This document shows positions 25,300-36,599 of a stretch of 64,000 bases of DNA, piece after piece. Source of the stretch: Camelus ferus (lineage: Eukaryota); contig NC_045696.1 of NCBI RefSeq assembly GCF_009834535.1, positions 65,350,001-65,414,000 on the forward strand, given 5' to 3'. The stretch's first letter is position 1. Each line of letters starts with the position of its first letter. The translations under genes were made by a program, and so were the position numbers. Below the pieces are notes generated by a model. That model ran no database searches and had not been told where the DNA came from. It worked only from the letters and a program-made list of their open reading frames with translations.

Positions 25300-26840
25300 A
25301 ACTGAAGCCCAGTGATAAGTCAGTTCAATGCCTGAATGACTTAAACTGTCTTCTAGAAAGAAAAGTAAATGACATATGAAAGAAGATAACATTCAGTGCC
25401 TCATTAATTTTTAAATTTTTTCCCACAGTTTCTGACATTCTATCAAAAATAATCAGTCACACAGAAAAGAACTGACTGAAAATCAAGGGAAAATAACGGA
25501 CAATGAAAAAACATGCACAAAAAATTTAGATTTTTTTAAAAATCAGAACTATATGTTAATCACTATACTCATCTGCAATTAATGTTTAATAAATTAAACA
25601 AGAGTGCATCATGAGAGTTGAGTGGAAAGTATAAAAAGGAATTATTCAGAAATTCTGATTTATGCATTACTTTAAATATGATGATTAAATGCTCCATGCA
25701 TGAACATACTAGTGTATTAGGCCCAACTGACAAAAGAATTTGGGAATTGGAAAATAGAGGAGTAGAACTATCTGGTTGAAGCATGGAGAGACAAAGAAAT
25801 GATGTAAAATACAAAACAGATCAGAAGATAAATGGGATATGGGGAAGAGTACATATAAATGAAGTATAAGAGAGTAAAAAGAAAGACTAGGCCAGAAGCC
25901 ATGAATTTTTCAAAATCGATAAAAGATATATCAAGCTAAAGATGCAACTAGTAGAATCTTAACAGGACAAATACAAAGAAAATCACACTTAGTTAAATTA
26001 TAGTTAAAACTTCTGAAAACTAAACACAAACTAAAATCTTAAAACAGCTGGAAACAAGAATATTGAAAGCAGAATAGCAGAGCTTTACAAATGATTTTAA
26101 ACAATAAAAATGAAAACCAGAAGACAGTGGAATGCATGATATATTTCACAGCTAAAAGAAAATACCTGCCAAACTATAATAATTAACCTGGTGAAAGTAT
26201 CCTTTAAAAAACGAAGGTGATATCAAAGATATTTTTCAGACCAGCAAGAATTCATCACTAAAAGGCTACACTAAAGGAAATGGCAACAAGATTCATAAAT
26301 CATTATGAAAAGAATGGATTAGTCAATAAATAGTGTAATTTGTATTCATATAAAAATAATGGGAATCTATACTTCATATCCTGTACAGAAATAAATTTCA
26401 GATGATTAAAGATCTAATGTGAAATTTTTAAAAAAACTTTAATTTTTTAGGAGAAATATATGGTAGACTATCTCTGCAACTGCCTGACAGAGAAAGATGT
26501 CTCAAGCACAAATCCTAAAAACAATAAATCTGTTTATAATAATTTCTCTGAATAAAAATTCACCATAAATAAGTGAGACTACAATAAATCACATACTGGA
26601 AGAAAATAGGTATATTGTACACAACTGATTAAAAATTATTATCCAAAACATATTAATAATTTCTATAAACAACAGAAGAAAGACAAATTCTCAATAGAAA
26701 AATCAAAATAGTAAATTAAGAAGCAATTTCCCAAATATGAAGTCTGAGTTAGCCAAAACAAATAAGCAAAAGAAAAAGAACTAAAATATGTCCAACTTTA
26801 TCAGAAATCAAGAAAATTGAATTTAAAACAGTGAAGTAGC
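25300..26840 (+). mobile_element. Ancient L1M fragments (ORF1 and ORF2 3')
   Basis: A-rich strand; ORF1-like AAACCAGAAGACAGTGGAATG and AAAGTATCCTTTAAAAAACGAAGGTGA; ORF2-like TTAGTCAATAAATAGTG. Confidence 0.75.
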
Positions 26841-27059
26841 AAGGACTTCTGCTTCTAGCCAAGATGGACTAAGACTGAATTTACTTTCTCATGCAACAAG
26901 TGAAAAAAAAAAACCAGACAAAATGTAAAAGGTTGTAAATGTAAGCCAATGAAGGATACTAAATCTTTAGAGATGGGAGACAGAGTTACTTCCACTAACT
27001 GTCCAATTTATTGACGTGATAAAGTTTCTAGGTCTTGATGTGGTGAGGAGGAACCTAGG

Positions 27060-27546
27060 TGTAGTAGAATAATGGTCCTTCAAAGATGTCCTGAAACTGT
27101 GAATATGTTACTTTACATAGCAAAGGGACTTTGTAAATGTTGATTAAGTCAAGCACTTTGATATGGGGAGATAACCCTGGATTATCTGGACAAGCCCAAT
27201 CTAATCACATGAGTCTTTAAAATCAGAGAAACTTTCCCAGTTCAGTTCCAAGTCAGAGGAAGATGTAACTATGGAAAAATAGAGAGATGTAATATCGTTG
27301 GCTTTAAAGATGGAAGAATGGGACATAATCCAAGGAATTTGGGCATCCTCCAGAATCCAGAAGTCAAGGAGACGGATTCCCCTCTGGAGCATCCTGAAGG
27401 GGACCCAGCCTTGCCGAGCCTTGGTTTTAGAATAGTAACACTCATGTTGGATTTTTAACCTACAGCACTGTAAGATCATAAATTTGTGTTGGTTAAGCCA
27501 CCAAGTTTGTGATGATTTGCTACAGTAGCAATAGGAAACTAATACA
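27060..27546 (+). mobile_element. MLT1D-like MaLR solo LTR
   Basis: TGTAGTAGAATAATGGTCC...GAATATGTTACTTTACATAGCAAAGGGACTTTG...AGCAATAGGAAACTAATACA; full length. Confidence 0.9.
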
Positions 27547-28837
27547 CCCAGAGGGCCCTCGCAGACTCTCAGAGATTCTAGGAAGACAAGTGTGGCTAAA
27601 CTCCCTAAATAGGAGAAAGAGAAAGCTGCACACACAGAGATTCCCAGATTATCTGTAGAGAGTCCTCTTATCCATTCAGCTGAGAACTGTCATACGCATG
27701 CATACAAGGAAGACATCTGAGGCTGAGGAAAGGAATAGCCACGGGATCAGAGGTAATAATACCCAACGTTCAACACAGTGGTCTCTCTCACCAGCTAGAA
27801 TGGAATCTATGATACATGGGACATTATGTAAGCAGATGGGTTTTCCCTCAATAACAGGGACTTAATATTACTAAAATGAGCGCTGCTCAGAAGTGGTACA
27901 ATAGCACTCAGAGTTAGAGGGTGATACATTAAAGATGTGAACTATAAGCCCCCAAACAGTCACTAATACAAAAGACACAGAATATGTAAGAAAACAGAGG
28001 ACAAAATGGAATTACAAAGAAGAAATTAATTGAAAAGAAGGCAGAATATGAGAAAATGGGAAAAAGTTACAGATGGCACAAAGAGAAAACAAGTATCATT
28101 GATTTAAATGTAATTATACAAATAAACACCTTCAGTGAAAATGCACTAAATACCCCAACTAAAAGGCAAAAATTATCAGGTTGGAAGAAAAAGCAGAACC
28201 CAACTATAAGCTGCCCACAAGAAATACACTTCACGTGTAAAGACATAAAGAAGTGAAAGGTGAGAAAATGATATGCCAACACTAATCAAGAGTAAGCTGG
28301 GATGGCCATATCAATATCAAATTAGATTACATATTAAATTACATCACTAAGGATACAGAAGATTATTCAACATTAACAAACAGGCAATTTATTAAGATAA
28401 GTAATAAGTCTGAACATCTATAACAGAGCTTCCAAATAAATGAAGCAAATGATAGAACCACAAGGAGAAATAGACAAATCCACAATTACAGCTGAGGATT
28501 TCAATACTCCTCTCAATAACTCGTGGAACAAATAGACAGAAAATAAATAAACATATAAAAGACTGGAAAAAATTCTTCAAACAACTTGACAAAAACTTCT
28601 AAACAAAATTTTAGTAAATCAAATCCAAGAACATACATAAGCTAAAATACGTAACAACAAAGTGGTTTTAAGCCGAGAATGCAAAGTTTGTTTAATACCT
28701 GAAAATCAACCTATGTATTTAATCATATCTGTAGCCTAAATAAGAAAAAACGATTATCTCAAAAAGATGCAGAAAAAGTGTTTAACAAAAATCCATTATC
28801 ATTCCTGAGGAAAACCTGCAAACTTGGAACCAAAGTA

Positions 28838-29402
28838 TGTAGGAAAGCGTTAAGTCAGCAGGCCTGAGTTGTTCAAGCCCTGCATTTCCCAATTTTCATG
28901 AATGGCCTTGGACCAAGTCCTGAACACTAAGCTCTTGGAATGTTCTAACTGATGAGTGTTTTGAATGCTTATGGCCTTGAAACATACTTCACTAGCTAGT
29001 CCAGATCGTTTGTGCAAGCAATGTGATTTATGTGAACATCTGCTTTCCTTCTGGGTGTCTGGAGTTTCGGTAACTGCAATCAGTCATGAGGACATTGTGC
29101 ACCTGTACGGCAGATCCCCAATAAGAACTCTGGACACCTCAGCTCAGGCAAGGTTCTCTATTAAACAGCACTTTGTATGTGTTGTCAAAACTCATTGCTG
29201 GAGGAATGAAATGTGTCCTGTGCAAGCCTACTGGTAGAGGGCTCTCAGAAGCTTGTGTCTGGTTTCCTTCAGACTTTTCCCTACGTGACTTCTCCCTTTG
29301 AAGATTTTGCGATGTATCCTTGTACTGTGATAACCTGTAACAGTGAGCATAATGACTAGCCAATCACCAATCCTGGGAATAGTCTTGAGGACCTCTGACC
29401 AA
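28838..29402 (+). mobile_element. MER77-like ERVL solo LTR
   Basis: TGTAGGAAAGCGTTAAGTCAGCAGGCCTGAGTTGTTCAAGCCCTGCA start; 5-bp TSD AAGTA/AGGTA; L1 RT continues on both sides. Confidence 0.8.
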
Positions 29403-30382
29403 AGGTAAGTAACACAACCTGACAAAAGAGAATCTATAAAAATCCTACAGCTAACATCAGACCAAATGGTGAAAAACTGAACACTTTGTCTCTAAGATCA
29501 GATACAAGACAAGGATGTACACTCTTCTAGTCAACAGTGTAAGGGAAATTCCGCCTAGTGTAATAAGGCAGAGAAAACTAAGTTGTAAAAGAAGTAAAAT
29601 CTTTCTTTATTTACAGACATGATTGTCTATATAGGATATCAATATAATCTACCCAAAAAAGCTATTAAAGCCAATAAGTGAGTTCTGCAGGTTTTGTATA
29701 TATGAGCCAATTGTTTTTCCTAAGACAACTGAAAATTGAAATTTTAAAAATTCTATTTACAACAGCATAAAAATTATGAAACACTAAAAAATGAATCTGG
29801 TAAAACATGCAAAAGATCTGTACATGGAAAACTACCAAATAGTGCTGATAGAAATTAAGGACCTAAGTAGATGAAGAAATGAGTCACAGTCATGAGCTGA
29901 AAGTGACAGTTCACTTACAGTGTCCACCTTAATTTTAAAGAGGAAGGGAAGGTAAGAAATTACTTATTTATGATCTCTATGTGTATGAGATCATAGAAAG
30001 ATGTTAATTTTTGTCACTATAAGGCATTCAAGTGCCTACTTAGCAAAAAATGTGTAAAAGAGATAAAAGAGCATTCATAACCATACTCTGGTGCCTGGGT
30101 ATGTAAGAATAGTGAAATAGCTAAACCTATGGAAATCTGAATTGCCAGAAGCTTGTGGGAGCAGAAAGGAGGAATACAGGGCACATAGGTGATAATAAAG
30201 ATGTTTGATTAAAAAATAAAAAAATGAGAAAAGACATTCTTATGCAAAGGAGGCTTCCATGTCATTATGTGGAGTTTTTTAAAAATGAATATGTAACAGA
30301 AAAGTTCATGTTAAAAACATTGTCTTTGTGCTGATGTGAAAAAATTAAGTAATTTCTGAAGTCTGTATCTCAAAAGTTTGGT

Positions 30383-30658
30383 ACATATTAGTTTGTGTCT
30401 GCTAATTCCAAACTCTTAATTTATCCCTCCCCTCCCTTTCTTCTTTGGTAACCATAAGTTTGTTTTCTATGTCTATTATAAACACAATAGATAAATAAGG
30501 TTCTACTGTATAGCACAGGGAACTATACTCAATAGCTTGTAATAACCTATAATGAAAGAGAATACAAAAAATAACATACATGTATAACTAAATCACTATG
30601 TTGTACACCAGAAACCACCACAGCATTGTAAATCAAATATACTTCAATTAAAAAAAAA
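30383..30658 (+). mobile_element. L1 3' end with 5' inversion (twin priming)
   Basis: 30383-30475 is antisense L1 3' UTR; 30476-30658 is the contiguous sense 3' UTR with an A tail; TSD-like AAAAGTTTGGT / AGAAGTTTTGGT. Confidence 0.85.
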
Positions 30659-31616
30659 GAAGTTTTGGTGGTATTTGCTAAAATGGACTTATATTTGGCT
30701 GTTACAAACTAAACATCAAGACAGTAATAGAGATACACTTTTTCATCTATGCATATACATAGGTATTTGTATGTGCATAATGTTAGCATAAAGTACAGAG
30801 CTATAACATATGACATATATATAGCTAAACATTATCTTAGATTGAGCAAATTTAGATTTTTACACAAATGTTATCCAAAAGAGATCATTTTTAAATAAAG
30901 TTTCTTTTTAAACTTTAGCTAAATCTTGATCACCAAATATATTCAGCTTAGATAATGAAGATCAGAATCAGAGGAACATGCACTGTAATGCTGACCTCAG
31001 CCATCACTAGTCCATGTGTTCCTTCCCTATGGATACATTATTTGGAATCATTTATTCAAGATGCATTCATTACCAGTAAACATATACTAGCATAAGTAGG
31101 CACCAGGTACTACCAAAGCATTGGTGATACAGAGATGCCCCTGCCCTTAATGACAAATATTAAGTGAATTGTCAAAATATACCCTTAAGAAGGCTATGAT
31201 AGGAGCACTTTTAACCTGCTTCTGAGGAAGGAGAGAAACAGTGGCCAGAAAAGTCAGCTAAAGTTTCATAGATGTCATTATGAATAAATAGAATAATATC
31301 TAGAAAAGTATTTTCCAAACATTAAAGATTTATACTGTTTAAGAAATTATTACCACAAATTCCTCCATCTCAATTCTCAATAAAGAGGACATTTCACAGC
31401 ATGATAGAACTCTGTACATATAAGCATTCAAATATTTCATGGACTGCCAAGGCTCATTAGCTTTTCAACCATTTCTTTTTCCAGAAAAAAAAAAATCTAC
31501 TTATAAGTAAACACCTCACCCATAAGTGAAAATAAGAACAGCTGAATAATTTACCAAGGGTAGTTTTTGCCCAGTCTGTTGCGAGACCGGCATCTCATTT
31601 TTCTTTTCTAAATATC

Positions 31617-32132
31617 ATTGGTAGGTAGAATAACAGCCTCCTAAAGATAGCCACATTCTAGTCCCTACAGCTTATGAATATGTTAGGTCACATGGCAAAG
31701 AATAATTAAATTAGCATATGGAATTGTTTGTTAATTAGCTGATTTGAGATGGAAACTTCATTCTGTATTATCTACATGAGCCCAGTGTGATCACATGGGC
31801 TTTTAAAAATGGGAGAGGGAGGCAGAAATGTCAGGGTCAGAATGATACAATGTGAGAAAGACTTGAGAGGCCACAGCTGGCTCTGGAGATAGAGGAAGAT
31901 CCACAGAGCAAAGAATGTAGCGGCCTCTAGACTGAAAAAGGTAAAGAAGTGAAAGATAAAGAAGTGAATTCTCTCCTAGAGCTTTCAGAAAGGAAATGGC
32001 TCTGTCTGGTTTTAGCTCGGTGAGACCCATTTTTGACTTCTGACCTCAGAACTGTTAAGATAATGAATTTGTATTGTTTTAAGCTATTACATTTGTGGTC
32101 CTTCGTTACAGGAGGAATAGGGAACTATTACA
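31617..32132 (+). mobile_element. MLT1D-like MaLR solo LTR
   Basis: TGGTAGGTAGAATAACAGCCTCCTAAAGAT...GACTTCTGACCTCAGAACTG...GGGAACTATTACA. Confidence 0.9.
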
Positions 32133-32198
32133 ATGAACATTTGGTTCATTCTCAGAAAAAACATGTTCTATGAAGCATTTATTGAAAACTCTAGCCAC

Positions 32199-32784
32199 TG
32201 CTATCATAGTTCTCTATTCCTGAAACTTACTGCAAATATGATAGCTTAAAACAACACGCATTTATTAGGTCACAGTTTTAGAGGACAGAAGTATGGGCAG
32301 GCTCCACTGGATTCTACGGTGAGGATCTCACATGGCCAGAATCAAGGTGCTGACCAGCCAGGAACCTTACCTGGAAACTCTGAGAGATCATCTGTTTCCA
32401 GGCTCATTTCAGTTTCTCAGCAGATTTACTTCTTTCAGCTATAGGCTGAGATCTGCATTTCCGTGCTGGCTATCAACTTGGGGCCTCTCTCAGCAACTGA
32501 GACTGCCTGCGTTTCTTCTCATGTGGCCCTCTTCAAGCCCGCAGTGGTACATCAAATCCTTCTCATGCCTCCAACCTCTCATACTTTCCCTTATGTCATC
32601 AGCTGGAGAAAGTTCTCTACTTTTAATACCTCATGTGATTAAATCAGCCAGCTGGCTAATCCCCCTATCTTATGGTCACATAACATAACATAATCACGGG
32701 AGTGATATCTCACCATATTCACAGGTTTTGGGGATTATAGTGGGACATACTCAGGGGTTCATTTTAGGAATTTTGCCTACTGCA
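32199..32784 (-). mobile_element. MLT1E-like MaLR solo LTR
   Basis: GCTTAAAACAACACGCATTTATTAGGTCACAGTT...CATAATCACGGGAGTGATATCTCACCATATTCACAGG...AATTTTGCCTACTGCA. Confidence 0.85.
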
Positions 32785-32989
32785 ACTATTCAATTGCCTT
32801 TTTAATTTTAATATATTTGAATTATTAATTAATTTACTTGTATAGCTTTCTTGTACATTGCCCTATATTCTGATGTATTATTTTATGGAGACATGCCTCC
32901 AATAAAACATAGGAAACTTCTAAGCGTAAGAATAATATGCTGTATTCTTTCACTAATTGGCACCATGTTAGAGCTAAGATACAGAGATA

Positions 32990-33310
32990 AATAGGATTGT
33001 CAGGAAAAAGTCTAATGGCATAGTATTTGGAAGAACTGTAGACAATTTTGAAAAGTATAAAATATTAATATAAGAATATAATGCTTGTATGATTTAAAGG
33101 CTGTGTGACCATGGGTAAGAATCTTTAATTTCTAACCGTGTTATTTCTGAATGCATTAAAGTTTATTCAGTGAGTACCAACTATGCTAAAATGGAGATGA
33201 AAAACTGTTTGCTTACCTACCAAGAGCTTTTTGAGATTCAAATTAAGTGACCTAGGCCAAAATGTTTATAAAAGTATGAAGTACTATTCAAATATGAACT
33301 ATTAAAATTA
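32990..33310 (+). mobile_element. MIR SINE
   Basis: GCTGTGTGACCATGGGTAAG...AAAATGGAGATGA...TGAGATTCAAATTAAGTGA. Confidence 0.6.
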
Positions 33311-33858
33311 TTAGTGCAGGTTCTTATTTGGCATCTTTTGTGTCTACATCATCCAGCAGAGAGCAAATTATATAACAGATACTCCAAACGCTGACCACCA
33401 CTGTCATCAGTAGGTAAATACATGCATTATATTTCATTTCTCTTTTTAACTATCAAACTTGTCTCTAGCAAATGAAAGTAATTCCCTATTTCTGACTTCT
33501 TTCTTCATCCATCTTCTTCCTTGTTTGCCCTTGGGCTGCACAAGACTTTGGTTTTACATTTGCTTAAAGATTTCCTGCTGCAGAAAACTTTCCTGATAGG
33601 TGAGATGACTGAAGGCCAGACAAGGGTGGCAGATGCTACAACACTGATGAGAGGTGGCTGAACTTGGAACAATCAGCTGGGGCAGTTCCCTGTAATAGCT
33701 ACTTAATTGATTTTAGCATGGAGATGGGGACAAAAAATGCTGCTCCAAAATTTGGCTGCCATACTCAAAAGAACCAGCATAACACCTCAGAATCTACCCC
33801 AAATCTACTGTTCAACAAGTTTATTAGTGAAGTGTTGGAGAATTAGCTGGAATCATCA

Positions 33859-34030
33859 TAGTGAGGCTCTCAAATTTACCGTGCGTAAGAACTATCTAGG
33901 GTTGCTTGTTAAAAACGCATATTGTAGACATACACCCTGAGAAACTCTGGTTTAGGTAGTCGAGAGGAGGATAAGTATGAGACCTAGAAATCTGTACCTT
34001 TTAACAATAAACTCTAGGGTATTCTGAAAT
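33859..34030 (+). mobile_element. MER5-like hAT-Charlie MITE
   Basis: CTCTCAAATTT...CTTGTTAAAAACGCATATT...CCTAGAAATCTGTACCTTTTAACA. Confidence 0.7.
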
Positions 34031-34129
34031 ATAATGGCAAATCAAAAATACTTTTTATTATTCTTCTTTATTCATATGACCAATAATACTGTGTCAAAAA
34101 AAAAGGACCTGAGATCATGGATTTTTTTA

Positions 34130-34325
34130 AGTCAGTCCGGATGTGCATTCCAACAATTCCAGCATCTTATTTACTGTGTGATCTTGAATAAGCTATTCAA
34201 ACTTTGTCTTAGAAATCTCATTTGTAAAATGAAGAGCATCATTGTAGCTAATATGAATGTGGTGAGGATTAACATGTTAGCTATTTCAGTTATTACTATT
34301 ATTATTATTACTATTATTATTATTC
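34130..34325 (+). mobile_element. MIR SINE with (ATT)n tail
   Basis: TTACTGTGTGATCTTGAATAAGCTATTCAA...CTCATTTGTAAAATGAAG...GTGAGGATTAA. Confidence 0.75.
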
Positions 34326-34929
34326 TCCTAAAGTGCTGACAATGGCATCTTAAATTACCAGGCAGCAGGGCCACAACTTATTTTTGAAAATCTCTAAACC
34401 AAATGATTAAAAGATTCTTGCTGGATTCCTATGATACACTCATAATAACAAAGCCCCTTTTTATCTTGTAATAATATGCAGCATAGAAATATAAAGAACA
34501 ATGCAATTGTACAAGAATAAATTAAACCAAAGCTATATGATGGGACAATAACATCTGCTGAACAATATCAATCATTACCAACAGTACAATGATGATCCTG
34601 GGGCCATGCTGTGGGGGTGGCTTCATGGACTAAAAAATTCAAAAGTGGCATAATAGGATTCTATGTCATTGTTTCTCACGTCCCTGATTCAGAAGTAGGG
34701 ACAGGAAGACAAAGGGAACATGTAAAATTTTCATGTCCACAACATTTGCCAGTCTTTGTTTTCCCCCAAGTATACTTCTCAGTAAGATGCATTGTTTTCC
34801 ATGTGTATCAGATTCTTTGCATACACTAGGCCATTTTGGGGAAGGAAATGAAAGTCCACATATAAATAAATCCTTAAAATATGACATATTCAATCAGAAG
34901 AGATGATAAAGAGTTTGAATTAATGACTC

Positions 34930-36100
34930 TCAGAGTGACCGTACCCCTTTCTGGGCAGGAGGGCATCTCCAGTGGTACAGGTAGCTTGCCCCTTCCCCAG
35001 AAATAGAAGGTTATTTTCCTGATCTCTTCCTATAGCTACATTGGGTCTTCTGAGACCGAAGAGGACCAAGATTTGCTGCTTTTCCCAATGGCTTAAGGCT
35101 TTTGTTACATTGGGAAGAAAGAACAGAGAATTCTGGCAGTTTCCTGCCTTGTGCATAGCACTTTGGCTTCTCTGCCTCAAGCCTGGACCACAGGGAGGCT
35201 TTCTGTGGTCTCATGCCCTGTCCTCAGTCTTTCTCATGAGCACTTCTTGAGATCTGTCGAGAAAAGCCTGAAAAAGAGCAATAATTCCCATTGTATCTGT
35301 TGTTCCCAGTGGTTCTATAGTCTCATTCTAAACACACTCTACTCAGCTTTCATCAACTTACAGAAAACTTATCTGAATTCTTCCTAGCTTTTCCAACACT
35401 CTATGTCTGCCCCAGGTAAACAACTGCTTGCATCCGATCTGACTGGTGTGACTAAACTTTAGATAGGCTTCCTGCTGACTCTAGATCCCTGATCTCCCAT
35501 TTCTTAAAGCATTTACTTTAGAGAACTTGTTAACTATAAACAGTTTCTGCCCCTTTGGGATGTAAATCTTTTAAAAAGACTTTTGCCAGTTTTACAACTT
35601 AGGAATATCTTTCTCAAGGAAACTGGAGTGGATCTTTTTAAATGTATTAATCGAGAAAGATGGTGCCCCTACCCGCTAGTCTCTGCGGGATCAAGCATAT
35701 CTTCAGTGGACGTTTTACTCCAAGTTACAAAACTTCTTCTTGTCATAAAGTAGGTGAAGTTTATTCTTCCTTTAGATACATTCACCTCAGCACTTAAAAA
35801 CTCTCCTGCCCTTTGTTTCTATGGAGTTAAGTTCTGGCCTCTCTCTCCTATTGCATTAGCCTTGGTTAAAGTCTTTCTTGATTGTTTAACTTTGCCCAGT
35901 TCAATGTTATCTTTGACACATCTCTCCTTTGAGGATCCATTTCTTTCCTTAGATTTTAGGTTAGTTGATTACTCTGCAATCTCAACTTTCTGATAAGTAC
36001 AAGGAAAGTTGTTATTTGGTTGATTTCCCTGATTTTTTATTCTTTCAATGCTGAAAGTTATCCTTTTCCCAGCTCTCTACAACTTAAGCAGAAACCAGAA
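34930..36100 (-). mobile_element. Ancient L1M 5' UTR, interrupted by MER67-like LTR
   Basis: Reverse complement starts CTTCTGGTTTCTGCTTAAGTTGTAGAGAGCTGG, typical of L1M 5' ends; the sequence resumes across the LTR. Confidence 0.55.
35435..35918 (+). mobile_element. MER67-like ERV1 solo LTR
   Basis: TGACTAAACTTTAGATAGGCTTCC...AGCATTTACTTTAGAGAACTTG...TCTTTGACA; 4-bp TSD CATC at 35431-35434 and 35919-35922. Confidence 0.8.
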
Positions 36101-36599
36101 GGACTTTATATTTTTATCACATTTTTTTATGTTTTCAGTTGAGTGTATACTCTACAATGAAGGCAGTGCATTAGAATGTTAGAACACATAGCATTTATAA
36201 ATAATAAATATACTGAGGATGAATCCTCAATTAGCAAAAACAAGAAGCAAAATCAAAAGTACTAAAGTCATTGGAAATAAATTAGAGAAGATTTAATAAG
36301 CCACATTTCGGGAAATTATCAACAAGTCTATTTTTATTGTCTTGTAAAAACATTTTCATTGCACTTCTACCAAAAACAACTTAAAAACTAGACAAAAAAA
36401 AAAAAATCCTTCACATGTTGCAGAAGAGGAAGCACAGAACTATGCAACCATAAGAGAAGAAAAGTAAATAATTTAGTCTCATAATTGCTCTGGGTTTCTG
36501 CCTGAAAGCATTTACCAGAACATAGTGCAGCAAAGAGGGTTTCAATGCTGGCACATGGGTCTAAGACAAAGAAAGAGATTAAACCTCAGGAAAAATGAA

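Larger units (their letters stand above)
26843..29900 (+). mobile_element. Ancient L1M (5' UTR, endonuclease, RT) interrupted by two LTRs
   Basis: 5' end GGACTTCTGCTTCTAGCCAAGATGG. ORF 28056 (NALNTPTKRQKLSGWKKKQNPTISCPQEIH) is the L1 endonuclease N-terminus; ~29440-29520 encodes PTANIRPNGEKLNTLSLRSDTRQGC of the RT. Confidence 0.85.
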
